In this document: piece by piece, positions 1 through 12,645 of the stretch
Numbering within the stretch: position 1 is the first letter of the stretch
Layout of the letters: every line of letters starts with the position of its first letter
Assembly (NCBI RefSeq): GCF_006345805.1
Contig: NC_043006.1
Span: 58,280,001 to 58,344,000 of the forward strand
Direction of reading: 5' to 3'
DNA length: 64,000 bases
From: Octopus sinensis
Lineage: Eukaryota
Made by a program: the position numbers and the translations under genes
The notes under the pieces: model-generated
What the model saw: only the letters and a program-made list of their open reading frames with translations
The model's database searches: none
What the model was told of the DNA's origin: nothing

Positions 1-242
1 AATGGAGAAATACCATGAAGCATTTTGCTCCACCATGGCCACAGTCACATGACTGAAACATGTAAAACTATAAAAAAAACTATGCCATTTTAATCCCAAG
101 CAAGGCCGGGTCACTCTGCTAGTTTTACTATAAATATTGCATTGTAAACACTGACCTAGTTTATAGTTGAATAGTTAACAACAGGATAATGAACCATCTG
201 TTAAAGCAACTATTTCAGAAAAAAGGGAGCAAAAAATATTTT

Positions 243-687
243 TGGCTGTGTGGTAAGTAGCTTGCTTACGAATCACATGGTTTTGGCTTCAGTACCACTG
301 CATGGCACCTTGGGCAAATGTCTTCTACTATAGCCTTGGGCCGACCAAAGCCTTGTGAGTGGATTTGGTAGACAGAAACTGAAAGAAGCCCGTCGTATCA
401 TCATCATCATCATCATCATTTAACGTCCGCTTTCCATGCTAGCATGGGTTGGATGTATATATTTATATATATATGTATGTGTATGTGTATATGTTTGTTC
501 TCCCCCCAACATCGCTTGACAACCGATTCTGGTGTGTTTATGTTCCCGTAACTTAGCAGTTGGGCAAAAGGGACTGATAGAATAAGTACTAGGCTTACAA
601 AGAATAAGTGCTGAGGTCGATTTGCTCAACTAAAGGTGGTGCTCCAGCATGGCCAGAGTCACATGACTGAAACAAGTAAAAGAGTAA
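243..687 (+). mobile_element. tRNA-head SINE (family 1) with a nested short RTE-type tail at about 398-455
   Basis: Head ggctgtgtggtaagtagcttgc, body ggcaccttgggcaaatgtcttc, tail actgaaacaagtaaaagag. Same family at 13533-14302(-), 36050-36471(-) and 42444-42878(+), with many fragments elsewhere. Confidence 0.85.
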
Positions 688-945
688 CCATGGAAAAATG
701 GGTTTAAATACTAAATATAGGTATGGCATAAAAAACATCCCAGATTCACCATTTTTCATTTTACAACAGCAAACATATGGTTTTCAACAGTTCAAACGAT
801 GATGGTAACAGAAAAAAATGGTAAAACTTTAGCTACATGAAGACAACATTATTATCTGCCTAAACCATGAAATATATGGGTGATTTTTCTGCCACATGCG
901 TACATTTATGTGACAGCACATTTTCATATTTTATACAGTAGTGTT

Positions 946-1605
946 GAAACCTTTAGCATTCAGATTACTCTATCAAATGTAAAGCTTATTTATTTAACAT
1001 TGTTTTGAATCACTCATGCATTATCTCATAGCTTTGAGATTTCAATGACGTGATTTTTTAGAATGACATTGTTTTTGGCCTAGTTCTGTTCAGATTATTA
1101 ATCTCAAAGAAGCACCTAAAAGTCCTCATAAAAAAACAAAAGTAAAATATAATATAATCTTTATGGTTTGTTGAAAATATTCATTGCATAAAATATTACG
1201 GGAATAAAAATAACTCCATTTTTTTTTTGTCATTGGCAGGTCAGTGTTATGTCCTATTTGTTTCTATTTAGAAATCAAAGGAAATGACCACTATTCTCTT
1301 TGAGCTTTGCTTTTGTGATCTGGACATCAATGTTTTGAAACTAACTTCTTTTCCATTACATTTCAGACAGATTCGGTACTGAGTTGCTGAAGCAGAAATA
1401 TCGTTATAGCAAATATTCTGCTCAATACTACAGATTCACTTGTCAATTGCTTGACCGTAACCACTTGAGCATGTCCCTTAGTGGCTGACAATATGTGCAT
1501 CTCTGATCATGACATGGAGTAGTGGGGGAGATCTGACTTAGTTTGAATATAAAACAGGTAGAATATTTGAGCCTCATCTTGGTCAATTTAAATGTAAAAA
1601 GGGTT
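946..1605. mobile_element. TTAA-flanked MITE-like fragments (type A ends)
   Basis: Starts aacctttagcattcagattactc and ends aaagggttaa, as in the copies at 3736-3931, 18326-18540 and 30485-30706. The interior is composite. Confidence 0.5.
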
Positions 1606-1665
1606 AAAAGGGAGAAGTAAAAATTAATCAAAGATAAAAACAATGACATGTAAAATCTCACTTAC

Positions 1666-1898
1666 TTTCGAAACGACTCTAGGATAGTGATCAATACATC
1701 CAGCCAAGACATCATGAGGTAGTTGGACAACTTCCATTGAGTAAGCAATCTCCCAGTCTTTCTGTTCTTTCTCAAGGCTAGAGCTGGCATTTGACCATAC
1801 CACTTGCTCAACACATTGCACTAAATCAGGACTAATGAGTTTAAAAACTAGCTTCCATTCCCAAACAGGTTTTTCTTCCAGTTTAGATTTCTCAACAA
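1666..1898 (-). CDS. Exon of minus-strand gene (dynein heavy chain C-terminal-like, DNHD1-like): VEKSKLEEKPVWEWKLVFK...VEQVVWSNASSSLEKE...HYPRVVSK
   Basis: Acceptor ttttttcag|TT at 1899/1898 and donor AAA|gtaagt at 1666/1665. Length 233 nt = 2+77x3, open, phase-compatible with the 5965 exon. LVQCVEQVVWSNASSSLE recalls the dynein C-terminal Wd...L.e motif (from memory). Confidence 0.85.
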
Positions 1899-2113
1899 CT
1901 GAAAAAAATTAAATAGTCATCTTGGTAACATTGGTGTACCACTTCAATGCATTTACCCACAGGGGCACACACATATGACATCATCAACATCATCGTCATT
2001 ATCATTTCAGCATCCACTTTTCCATACCGGCAGGAATCAGATAAAATTAATTGAAAGATTATAGTACAAACCATCTCAAAGTACCATGCAATGGGACAGA
2101 ACCTAAAACCAAG

Positions 2114-2348
2114 AAAGGTGACGAGCTGGCAAAAACATTAGCACATCAGGCGAAACACTTAGTGGTATTTCATCTGCCGTTACATTCTGAGTTCAAATTC
2201 TGCCGAGGTTGACTTTGCCTTTCATCCTTTCGGGGTCAATAAATTAAGTACCAGTTATGCACTGGGGTCAATGTAATCGACTTAAACCCTTTGTCTGTCC
2301 TTGTTTGTCCCCTCCATGTTTAGCCCCTTGTGGGCAATAAAGAAATAA
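2114..2348 (+). mobile_element. tRNA-head SINE (family 2) with 15-bp target-site duplication
   Basis: Body gagttcaaattctgccgagg...gcctttcatcctttcggggtc, flanked by gaacctaaaaccaag at 2099-2113 and 2349-2363. Confidence 0.9.
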
Positions 2349-3735
2349 GAACCTAAAACCAAGTGGTTGGGCATCCCTGAAGCCATTATGTTATAAATTT
2401 TCATAATAAAAAAGTGTATCTAGAGAAAGGCAAAGGATCTCTCTTCAATCATGATTCAAAACCATGGCTTTTGGTTCAAACTTTAACAGATGCAGCTTTT
2501 TGTTCAATAAATGGAATGTCTACACTCAAGTGAACAGAACTCATTTAACTCTTTCAAAGGTGCAGGTGTAGCAGCATAGTTAAGAAGCTTGCTTCCAAAT
2601 CATGTGGTCACTGGTTCAGCCCCACTATGCAGCATCTAGGGCAATTGTCTTTTACTACAGCCTTGGGCAAACCATGGCTCGTAAGTGGATTTAGTAGATG
2701 GGAACTGAAAGAACCTCATATGATGTGTGTGTCTGCATGTGTGTGTGTGTGTACACCCTTATCTAAACATCATACGATGGTTGTAAACAAATGTTGTTTG
2801 TGTCCAGTCTCCCATGGAAAACATGCCTGGCCATGAGAACATATTACTTTACTTGAAAAATAGATGAGGATTCGTGACAGGAAGGGTATCCAACCATAGG
2901 AAATATGCCTCAAATTCTGTCTGACCCAAGCAAGCATGGAAAAGTGAAGAGATGATGATGATGATGATGATGATGATTGTGGTGGTGGTGATGATGATGA
3001 TATCAACCCATCCAAGACTGTCCTTGGTTGCATGACAAACATTTTGTTTTAAAGTGACCTGAATTAAAACCTTCCCTCAAAATTCCATGTTAATTTATGT
3101 TCCAAATCCCAATATAATAATGACAAAATAATCTTAACAAAAGTAATGTATTTCATCAGAAATATAGTAACAAAAGACTTAAAATCATCTAATCTGAAAT
3201 TTCCCATCAAAATTTCATATCAAGTTATGCTCCAAGCACCAACTTAATAATGACAAAAATATTTTACTAAATTCTTCATTGCTTCCAAAATTACTTGAAA
3301 GAAAGGTAATGTATTTCAACAGAACATTGGTAACAAAAGGGTCAACAAATAAACATCCATACTATACATGGCTTGTCATCAGGTGGGCCACAATGATTAC
3401 AGGTAAATTTACTGCCATCAATTCACCACAGGGAAAGTTTACCACCATGAAGGAAGTTCACTGTGAGGAAAGTTTACCAAGAAAATATACCCATAATATT
3501 TCACTATTAATAGTTAAAAACTATTTTATTGAAAAAAAAAATGGTAAATTGATGATGGTAAACTTACCGAACATGAGCCACAATACAAAACATTCAAGGT
3601 AATTTTGTGTTAGGTGTGCCACTGCCCTGCGAGCCACATATGGCTCACAGGCTGCAGTTTACCCATGGCTGCTATAAACTTTTAACATAATACATGTTGA
3701 TGTATTAAAAATCTTTATAGTCATTATTGTTGTTC

Positions 3736-3931
3736 AACCCTTTAGCGTTAAGGTTTCTCTGTCAAATGTATTGCTTATTTATTCACATTGTTTTCAATTA
3801 ATCATGCATTATTTTGTAGCTTCAATATTTCAATGGTGTGTTTGTATACTTTCAGAATGACATTATAGGGTAGGTGTGAGAGGTAGAATATCTGGGGCTG
3901 GATATGGCCAGATTAAATGCTAATGGGTTAA
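3736..3931 (+). mobile_element. Type A piggyBac-like MITE
   Basis: aaccctttagc...taatgggttaa termini; the same body occurs several times in the window. Confidence 0.7.
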
Positions 3932-5964
3932 GTCTTATGTCAGCACTGGTACACCAGACGTATGATCAAGCAAGTCAACAAAAAAATGCTTCTATGTGGT
4001 TACTTAACATGTTAAACATACCAACTAAGTTCTCTCTCAAAGCATGCCTTGCTGCAATAGAAATGGAGACATATTTCAGTTCCATGGACTTTATGAGAAA
4101 AAAAAAAATCAAGATGGTCATGGTTGGAAGAATCAGAGGAGAAAAGGTAAGGTGTGTTAAAGAAGCAGAGAAGCTTAAAAGGGGGGAGGGGGACAGTAAG
4201 AGAAAATAAGGCAAGGGATGCAAGGAGAAAGAAGACAAGTAGTGTGTGAATGCTGCAAAAGCATCCTAGATGGGAATGTAGTGCAGAAGATGAATGTTAA
4301 ATCAGAACTAAGTGGAACTATTTAATAACTTTAACATTCAAAAGTAGGATTGGGTACTTTATATAAGAGTAATATCTTGCTTTGAGAAACAGAAAAATCA
4401 TCATAATCATTATTTAACGTCCATGTTTTATGGTGATATGGGTTGAACAGTTTGACAAGATCCAATGGGTCTGAAGGTTGCATCATGTTCCAATGTTTAC
4501 TTTGGAATGGCCACTTTGGTTGGATGCCCTTCTTAATGTCAACCATATTACAGCATATACTAGGCACTTTTTCATAGAATCAGCACTTGGGGGATTTTTG
4601 TATTTGGTTGCCACTTTTCAATTTCTATTCCAATTGAATTCATATTTGGTGTAATGATGTAGTTTTGTAAGCTAATCATTGACATGAAATTCATTTTCGC
4701 CATAAATCAATAAATAAAGAGTTAATAGCTTTTAAAATCTGCAAATTTTGGGTCATTTTAGCCAATCGTAAACCACAGACACATTCATGCCTCTTTGTGT
4801 AGTAACAAACCAAGCTGTTACCAACTTGCTTATTCATGTGATCATTTTTCACTTATTAAATGGTGGTAGTGAGATATGCTAAAAATAATAGCTAAATAGA
4901 CCTTAATCAGGCACAAAAAAATTTTGGTGGTGGGGGCGTAATTGTATGAATTCCTGTGCATAGAATACAAATTTGACAAAATTTACAAAAAATTCCAAAA
5001 AAATAAAAGGGTTCAAGGAATTATATGACGTGCATGAAACAGAATTCCACCAATATCTCATTTGCTTACAGTTGACAACATGGGCAGTCATGCACAAAAT
5101 ACAGCTTCCAAATCCTTTTTACTGAATGGGTAAAAATTATCTAGCTTTAAACCTACATCAATACACCAGATTTTAAAATTTTCACTAAACTTTGAAATTT
5201 CCACAGGTGCAGCCAAGCAGAAAAGTTCCCTTGTGAGATCAACAAGTAACTCGCAACACTAAGGTCCCCTTTGACTAAGTGGGTCTACAGTAGGAAGGGA
5301 GATAGCTTTACGCTAGGAGGTTACAAGTTAAAGTATGAAAGAAGGGGTCAGAACAAAACAGCTTCTGGAGGGGGAGGGTAGAAGTTGCATTAATATCGGA
5401 GAGTGAGAGATGAATACAAAGAAGAATAAGTGTTGAAGGATGGTAAGCAGGGAAGGTAGAGAAGAGTGAAGAGTAGGCAACAACAGTAGAAACTGGGTAA
5501 AGTTAAGGGTAGGGGTGGGTTGAGGCCTGACCAATAATGCACAAGTTGTGGAAAGGTAGGGGAGATGAGATGACTGACTGTGCAAAAAACTAAAAGTAAT
5601 TATTGATTTTAAATTTTGGAACAAGGGTAGAAATTTCAGGGGAGGGCTAAGTCAATTACATTGATCCCAGTGTTCAACTGATACTTATTTTATCAATCCC
5701 AAAAGGATGAAAGGCAACCTCAACCTCAGTGGAATTTGATAATAGAACAAAAATGGAGAAATACCATGAAGCATTTTGTCCAGTATTTTTGTCGCTGCCT
5801 TGTATACCAAAAGTAATTATTGATTAAAAATCAATTCTCAGAATGTGGCCTGCTTTTAAATTCTTGCTGGAATTTACAAGGTGAAGAACTAAAAGATAAA
5901 CAGTGAAACTCATTCAAAATAGTTAAAACTGAAGAACAAAATTTAAGAGCAATAATTTCCTTAC

Positions 5965-6093
5965 TTTTAGGTGCAGGTCTACTGTCCAACAAAGGTCTGG
6001 GAGATGCTACGAGAGAGGATTCAGATGTTGAACTTTCACTGCTATTGCTACCTTTACGACCAAGAAGGTCTGGACTCACAGTCTTTAAAACAC
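5965..6093 (-). CDS. Exon of the same gene (Ser-rich: VLKTVSPDLLGRKGSNSSESS...RPAPK)
   Basis: Acceptor tcttcccttag|GT and donor AAAA|gtaagg. Length 129 nt, phase 1 to phase 1, matching both neighbours. Confidence 0.8.
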
Positions 6094-7529
6094 CTAAGGG
6101 AAGATAAAACAAATATAAACAGGTTTAAAATTAACATTACCATCATCATTTTTATTATCATCATCATTGCTAATGGTTTCAAACACTCTTGCACACAATG
6201 TCCAAAGTCCTGTAAGTTTATTACTTGGCAGGTATGCAGTTACAGACATATTTTTGGCCTACACAACAATGGCATAGTGTACAAAAACATTGAAACTCTG
6301 CATTAGAAATATAAAAATTCTGATTTTAAAACCAAACAACAGTATGTATATATGGCTGTGGTGGTTAAGATGTTTCCTTATCAACTATATGGTTTCTGGA
6401 TCAGTCCCACTGCATGATTACCTAGGGCAAGTGTTGTATGCAAAAGGCCCAAGCTGAATAAAAGAGTGGATTTTGGTAGACAGAAACTGAGAGCTCATTG
6501 CGTGCATGCATGTGTGCATGTAAATGAACAAACTTTGGAAGCACCAAATATGTTTGGTATTTTACAAACAAGAAGGTAATTTCAAATGCAGTATAGTTGT
6601 AAGATCAGCAGAAATATTGGGTATTTACCCTTATAAGATGGAAAAAAGTTGCCAGCAGGCAGATGTTTATGTATGTGTGTGTTAGTGTGTCCTTATCTTG
6701 ATATAGCATGGTAGTTGTAAATGAGAAACCCCGCCATACAAGAAGTGTTCTTGAATCCCAATCTTACATGGAAACATGTCTGACCTAAGAGAAATATAAC
6801 ATTGCTTTGATACCGATGAGGGCTAATCATAGGGAGGTCGTCCATCCAAAGAAAATCTGCTCCAGCGAATTTCATATGAACCATGCAAACATGGCAACAT
6901 GAACATTAGAATGATAATTATTTACATTCATATATATAATATATATATATATTATATAATATATATTATATATCAATTTAAGACACATATCAAAAGAGCT
7001 ACTTATAATTTCATGCTTTTATAATACTTTAACAAGGCATATTTATAAAATCACCAACCAATCTTTCAGGCCCTGTTTATGCATTATATATAATTTAAAA
7101 GCAAGCATGCTTGACAATGAAAAAGTAAGAAAAAAAGAGATGAAAACACTTGAAAATACATGGTGTAATTTATAAATATTTCTAGTTAAAGTATCATAAA
7201 AGCATGAAACTACTAGTAGCTCTTTCAATATGTGTAATAAACTGATATTTATCTCTCACAAGATGGGAGTTCTTTTTTTCATTGATTCTACCTATATTGG
7301 ATCTATAAACTATATATATGAGGATGCCACACAAAGGCAATTAAAAATATATAACCATGCAAAATAATGAAGAAAAACAAAAAACCAGATGAGGTTACTG
7401 ATGGAAAGATCAGTCTACTTTAGTAATAAAGTTTGAAAGTGTTTTAGAAAATTGACAATAAATTACCCCTTAAACTTCCTTTCGAACCTCGTCGTCTATT
7501 GCTGCTATTGCCACTGGTGCTACTTATAC

Positions 7530-8046
7530 CGGTACATGCCATCTTGTACAAAGAGTCCATATGTTCTTCAATATGAAAAACAGACAGAAGAATATCTTGC
7601 AAAGATTGCAAATAGTGTTTGGAAATAACAATTGAAGCTTTTCGACTAGAACGCCTTGCTCCTGAGTTAAGTAGGCCCTGCTCTGCAGGACTAGCATAGC
7701 CTTTTAAAAGAGGTTTTTTGTGGTTGCCATCATAAAGAAATTCGCTTGATGACTGTGCAGAGTTGCGATGCATTATGTCTTTGAGATCATCGTATATTTC
7801 TTCAATGAGAGCTGACATCTCATCAGCATATTTATCAAGATAGAGATCATGAATAGCTTTGAAAGTACTTGATACTTTCTTGAACATTCCTGTGGAGAGG
7901 ATGGCAAAGTCCTCGTCAATCATACCATTGATGAGAGCTGCCAGAATTCCACAGTTCTTTGTGATTGCTGCCACATCGAGTTTCTCATCAGAAGACTGTG
8001 GTAGAAGACTATTGAAGTAACCCTCCAGCTGTTGAACTCTCAGCAT
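7530..8046 (-). CDS. Largest exon of the gene (MLRVQQLEGYFNSLL...LYKMACT)
   Basis: Lies in the 200-aa ORF 7444-8046. Acceptor ttctgtag|ATG and donor ACCG|gtataa. Length 517 nt = 172x3+1, which matches the phase-1 acceptor at 6093. Confidence 0.9.
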
Positions 8047-8141
8047 CTACAGAATAAACAGAAAACCATAATAGCAATTGAGAAGAAAATAACATCAATA
8101 ACAAAAAGATAAAAAAACAGATCAATTTGAACAATCCTTAC

Positions 8142-8205
8142 CAGTTTGAATATCTGGTAATGTCCAGGTTTGAGTTCCCATGTCCTGATGCTGGGAATTC
8201 ATCAC
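8142..8205 (-). CDS. Small exon (**IPSIRTWELKPGHYQIFKL) with two in-frame TGA codons at its 5' end; alternative starts at 8190 or 8184
   Basis: Branch point ccCTAAC, pyrimidine tract and CAG|G at 8205; donor CTG|gtaagg at 8142. The only frame that joins the 8046 exon contains TGA TGA at 8204-8199. Confidence 0.7.
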
Positions 8206-8563
8206 CTGCAGATGGGGAAGAGTTAGGGGTAATGTACAACATGTAGCAAGTATGCATTAAGGATTAAGATGAAAGGTTGATCCAATCTATGCGGTTTGAA
8301 TTCATTGTTGAACTATAGAGGAGATATTCATATAAGCCGCCGTCATTTTAATGTCCACTTTGCCATATTCACATAGATTGGACAGAGTTTCTTGAGACAG
8401 CTTCTTCTCTAGCCAGATGCTCTTCCAGTCATTAACCTTCACCAGTTTCCAAGCAAGATAATATTTCCCCATGGCTAGGCATGTTTTCATGGCAGACTGT
8501 AAATGAACAACATCACTTGTACCATGGTGATGTTTGTTTACATTATATGGTGTCAAGACAAAG

Positions 8564-8611
<48 letters not shown>

Positions 8612-9287
8612 GTACACACACACACATTGGCTTCTTTCAGTTTACATCTATCAAATCCACTCACAAACTTGGGCAAACCAGAGCTATATAGAAGACACTT
8701 GCTGTTTTGAAGTATAATTTTCTTTTATTAATTCTTCACTATAATAATAAATAGCAGATAAAAATATAGAAATCCTATTCTGAACTGAGTGCGAGAGCGT
8801 GGCAGTGTTGAGTGATGTTGATGGATGGCTGCTGTTTTCACTTAATATAAAACCACACGTTAATCGTCAGGTAGTCATGATCAATGGATTAGACACCAAG
8901 CAAAATTAAGTTTGAATAGAAGCCTTCTTTAGAATTGGTTTACGACACTTGCCTAAGATTCCACACAGTGGGGTTGAACCCAAGACCCTATGGTAGGGAA
9001 GCAAGCTTCTTAACCACACACCCACGCCTATGTATGTGTGCAAGTTAATTCATTGAGGGGATTATATATAAAATATGTGAGTAATACTCAAGTGTAGTAG
9101 TCACAGATTACTGAATGGGGAAGGAGCTCACTTCACAATTTCAAGCTCCAGGATTGGATTACACTGCATAGCATCTCAGGCAAGTGCTGTTTTCTCAGAG
9201 GAGAGATCCACAATCTTTGAAGTCAGCTAAACTTTAATCTTTATAAAATAACCCATACTTCAGCATTTGATGGTTGATATAACCAAT

Positions 9288-9339
<52 letters not shown>

Positions 9340-9354
9340 TTATATATATATATA

Positions 9355-9602
9355 TATAAAAGGAAATGAAGAAAATGCTGACAAAATAATTTAAGTAATT
9401 TAAGTAATTTAATTAGGTGAAAGTTCTTTTTACCGGTTGCGCATTTGTTATGCTTATCAAAAGTTTTTTCTCTTATCAGATAAGAGGAAAAAACTTTTGA
9501 TAAGCATAACAAATGCGCAACCAGTAAAAAGAACTTTCACCTAATTAAATTACTTAAATTACTTAAATTATTTTGTCAGCATTTTCTTCATTTCCTTTTT
9601 TA
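9355..9602. repeat. About 120-bp-arm fold-back palindrome, Penelope-like terminus, between (TA)n tracts
   Basis: Centre at 9478 (ctcttatc-a-gataagag). The arms differ by one substitution and one indel. Shares aattaggtgaaa with the 59.8-60.2 kb palindrome. Confidence 0.85.
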
Positions 9603-9635
9603 TATATCACAACTCGTGCTCCACATCTCCTTTTT

Positions 9636-9684
<49 letters not shown>

Positions 9685-10714
9685 AAAATCAATATAGGGG
9701 TGTCTGTTTACCTGGTAGCAGAACCAGATGTCATCGGCTTGATACAACGTGACTAAGCTTTGTAAATATTCGTATCGTTTGTGTTCTTGAAGATTGAGTT
9801 CCTGCTCAAAACCTCGTAATGGTAATTTAGACAGCTTGTCCATGAAATACCTATAATATAAATGAAAATACATATCCATAAATATATACAGATAGATATA
9901 CATATATTTCATACATATATTTCATACATATATATATATATGAATGAAAAAATATACACATATATACACATAAATATACATATATAAATACACAAATAGT
10001 CACACACACACATAAATATACATACTAATAAGTGCTTGGCATGACTGTGGTAAAACGTTTGCTTCCTAACCACATGTTCTACATTGAGGTTCCATGGGCA
10101 AGTGTCTTCTATTATAGCCCCAGGCCAACTGAAGCTTTGTAAATAGATTTGGTACATGGAAACAGTAAAAAAAGCCTCTCATGTGTCTCCCCTTTCTGTC
10201 ACAACTGCACTATCTTTCTCTCCGCCCCCTCTCTCTCTCTCTTCTCTATCTGAAGTAGCTATGTGTGTCTTCTAATGCAAAACACCTTTCTGTCCCTCAA
10301 TACTAAACCCCACCAGGTTGAGAGGTCTTGTCCTGCAAGGTTACTTGGCGACCTCACTGTTGCTGGTGCCACATAAAATGCACTCATTACACTCTGTAAA
10401 GAGGCTGGCATTAAGAAGGGTATCCAACCATAGAAACCATGCCAAAACAGATAGCAGAGCTTCGTATAGTCTTCTGACTTGCCAGTTCATGTCAGACCAT
10501 CTTATCCAAACCAGCATGGGAAACAGACATCAAATGATGATGATCATAACAATGATGATGTATGTGTGAGAATGTGTGTGCATGTGCATGTGTGTGTGTC
10601 AATGACTTAAACCAGTTAAGTGTCAGTTTAAGAATGATAGATGTGTACTCTACAAAAGTAATGTAAAATTGTTTTAAACATTAATATATACATATATAAT
10701 GATGATGATATACA

Positions 10715-10752
<38 letters not shown>

Positions 10753-10754
<2 letters not shown>

Positions 10755-11071
10755 GCACGTAAAAAGCACCATCCGAACGTGGCCGACGCCAACACCGCCT
10801 TGACTGGCTTCTGTGCTGGTGACACGTAAAAAGCACCAACCGATTGTGGCCACTGCCAGCCTCCCCTGGCACCTGTGCTGGTGGCATGTAAAAAGCATCC
10901 ACTACACTCACGGAGTGGTTGGCGTTAGGAAGGGCATCCAGCTGTAGAAACACTGCCAGATCAGACTGGAGCCTGGTGCAGCCTCCTGGCTTCCCAGACC
11001 CGGTTGAACCATCCAACCCCTGCTAGCACGGAAAACGGATGCTAAATGATGATGATGATGATGATGATGAT
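10753..11071 (+). mobile_element. RTE-LINE 3' UTR / RTE-tailed element ending in (GAT)n, inserted in (TA)n
   Basis: Three tandem gcacgtaaaaagcacc modules, then ggaagggcatccagctgtagaaa and gctaaat(gat)n. The same tail follows RT coding sequence at 45350-45912. Confidence 0.85.
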
Positions 11072-11349
11072 ATATATATATACAAACATCATCAACATTT
11101 AATGTCCATGCTATGCTGGACTGGATGGTATAGTTTGACAGCATCCAACAGGGCAGAGGACTGCATCAAGCTGCAATGTATATTTTGGAGTGGTTTCTAT
11201 TGTTGTATGTCTTTCCTACTTCCTAATGGCAACTACTTTACAAAGTCTGCTGGATGCTTCTTTGGCACCACCACTATTGAGGTTGCCATGATGTCTGCAA
11301 TACTAGGATCCTCTTCAAATTGCTGTAGGGGAGCTATATAGCTACTCAC

Positions 11350-11880
11350 ATTACAGATGAGTGGGTGGATGTAACAGGAGTAGAACTGGGATGAGAGATA
11401 AAATAGGGGTGAAGTACCAGGAGATGAGTAGAAGTGAGTGGAGAACAAAAGAACAGGGAGTAGCTGGGTAGAGGTTGCAAGAGTGCATGGGAAAGTGAGG
11501 GATGGTTAGAGATAGAGGATGCGTCAAAGGTGGATATAATGGAGGACAGATGCTGAGGGGTGATAAGTAGGGAAAGTAGAGAATAGTAGGTGACAGCTGT
11601 AGAAATTGGGTAGGGCCGAAGGATGAATGTAGTGAGTGGTTGATAAAGGGTGGTGAGTGACCAATGATACATGTGATTTGGGGGAGTGAAGGAAATGACT
11701 CACAGTTCAGAAAGGAGAGAGTGAAGAGTACTAGACTATTAATAATGGTACAATGGAGAAGATGAGAGAAAATGTAGGTGGAGAGAACAGTATTACGAAT
11801 AATGGATAACAAGTAAAATATTTCCAGATAGTGAGAAAAGATAAATGGTATCAGGGAAAAGCTGAAGTATGCAGTTCTGC
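11350..11880 (-). mobile_element. Degenerate L2/CR1-like LINE fragment (endonuclease region)
   Basis: Strong strand asymmetry. The minus-strand CIIGHS...PTQFLQLSPT resembles the IIGDFN and LTQ.V..PT motifs. Confidence 0.35.
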
Positions 11881-12179
11881 TCACATTTAACTACAGCAGC
11901 AGAATACTGCAGTTAGAGAATTACACTATGTCTGTTTCTTCTTATACCCAGTTATTTTTTTCCTTAATACATTTGTACTTTGTCATTCATGCACACTTAC
12001 ACTGCACATCCAATGCAGCTTGCTTGCTTCATTTCTTTCCAGTTTTCTTAAGTCTTCAAGGTCCATGTCTCACTACCAAGTGGCATTACAATTCTAACAC
12101 AAGCATCATATAATCTGCCCTTCACTCTGAGGGGAAAAACCTTTTCAGGAAGGAGCTACCTTACACAGTTACTATAGCA

Positions 12180-12645
12180 TTATGAGTGAGTACTGAAATA
12201 ACAACTCCACCATTCTAAAATGAGTGTGATATATCTTGACTTTGCCAAAGCATTCAATAAAAGAAGTTGATCACAGAATGGTATGTCACATATTGCATAA
12301 CATTGGTATAGCTGGAAAACTAAGGAAGTGACTGCATATCTTCTTAAAAGGTAGGAATCAAACAGTCAAATAGTTGCAGACAATGGTGCTTTCTTCAAGA
12401 AGACATCAATTTATAGTGGAGTCCCTCACAGAGTTAAACTAGAGCAACTGCTGTTTGTGGCGAGCTTCTCAGACACTTCGTCATACAGTAAGCCACTCTC
12501 ACCAGCTACATTAACAGTACAAAAGTATTACATGCAATAATAAATTTTGATGATGATGCAAAACTACAGAAAGCCCTGAACATAATATATGAACAGGCTG
12601 AAGAAAACAACACACAGTTCAATGTTGAAAAATTAGCATGTTTTG
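12180..12645 (+). mobile_element. CR1/L2-type RT fragment, degenerate
   Basis: gtgatatatcttgactttgccaaagcattc = VIYLDFAKAF; agtggagtccctcac = SGVPH(QG). Confidence 0.75.

Noticed and set aside
8199-8204. Selenocysteine reading of TGA TGA
   Set aside because: Dynein-like proteins are not known selenoproteins, and the 3' UTR where a SECIS would lie is outside the window.
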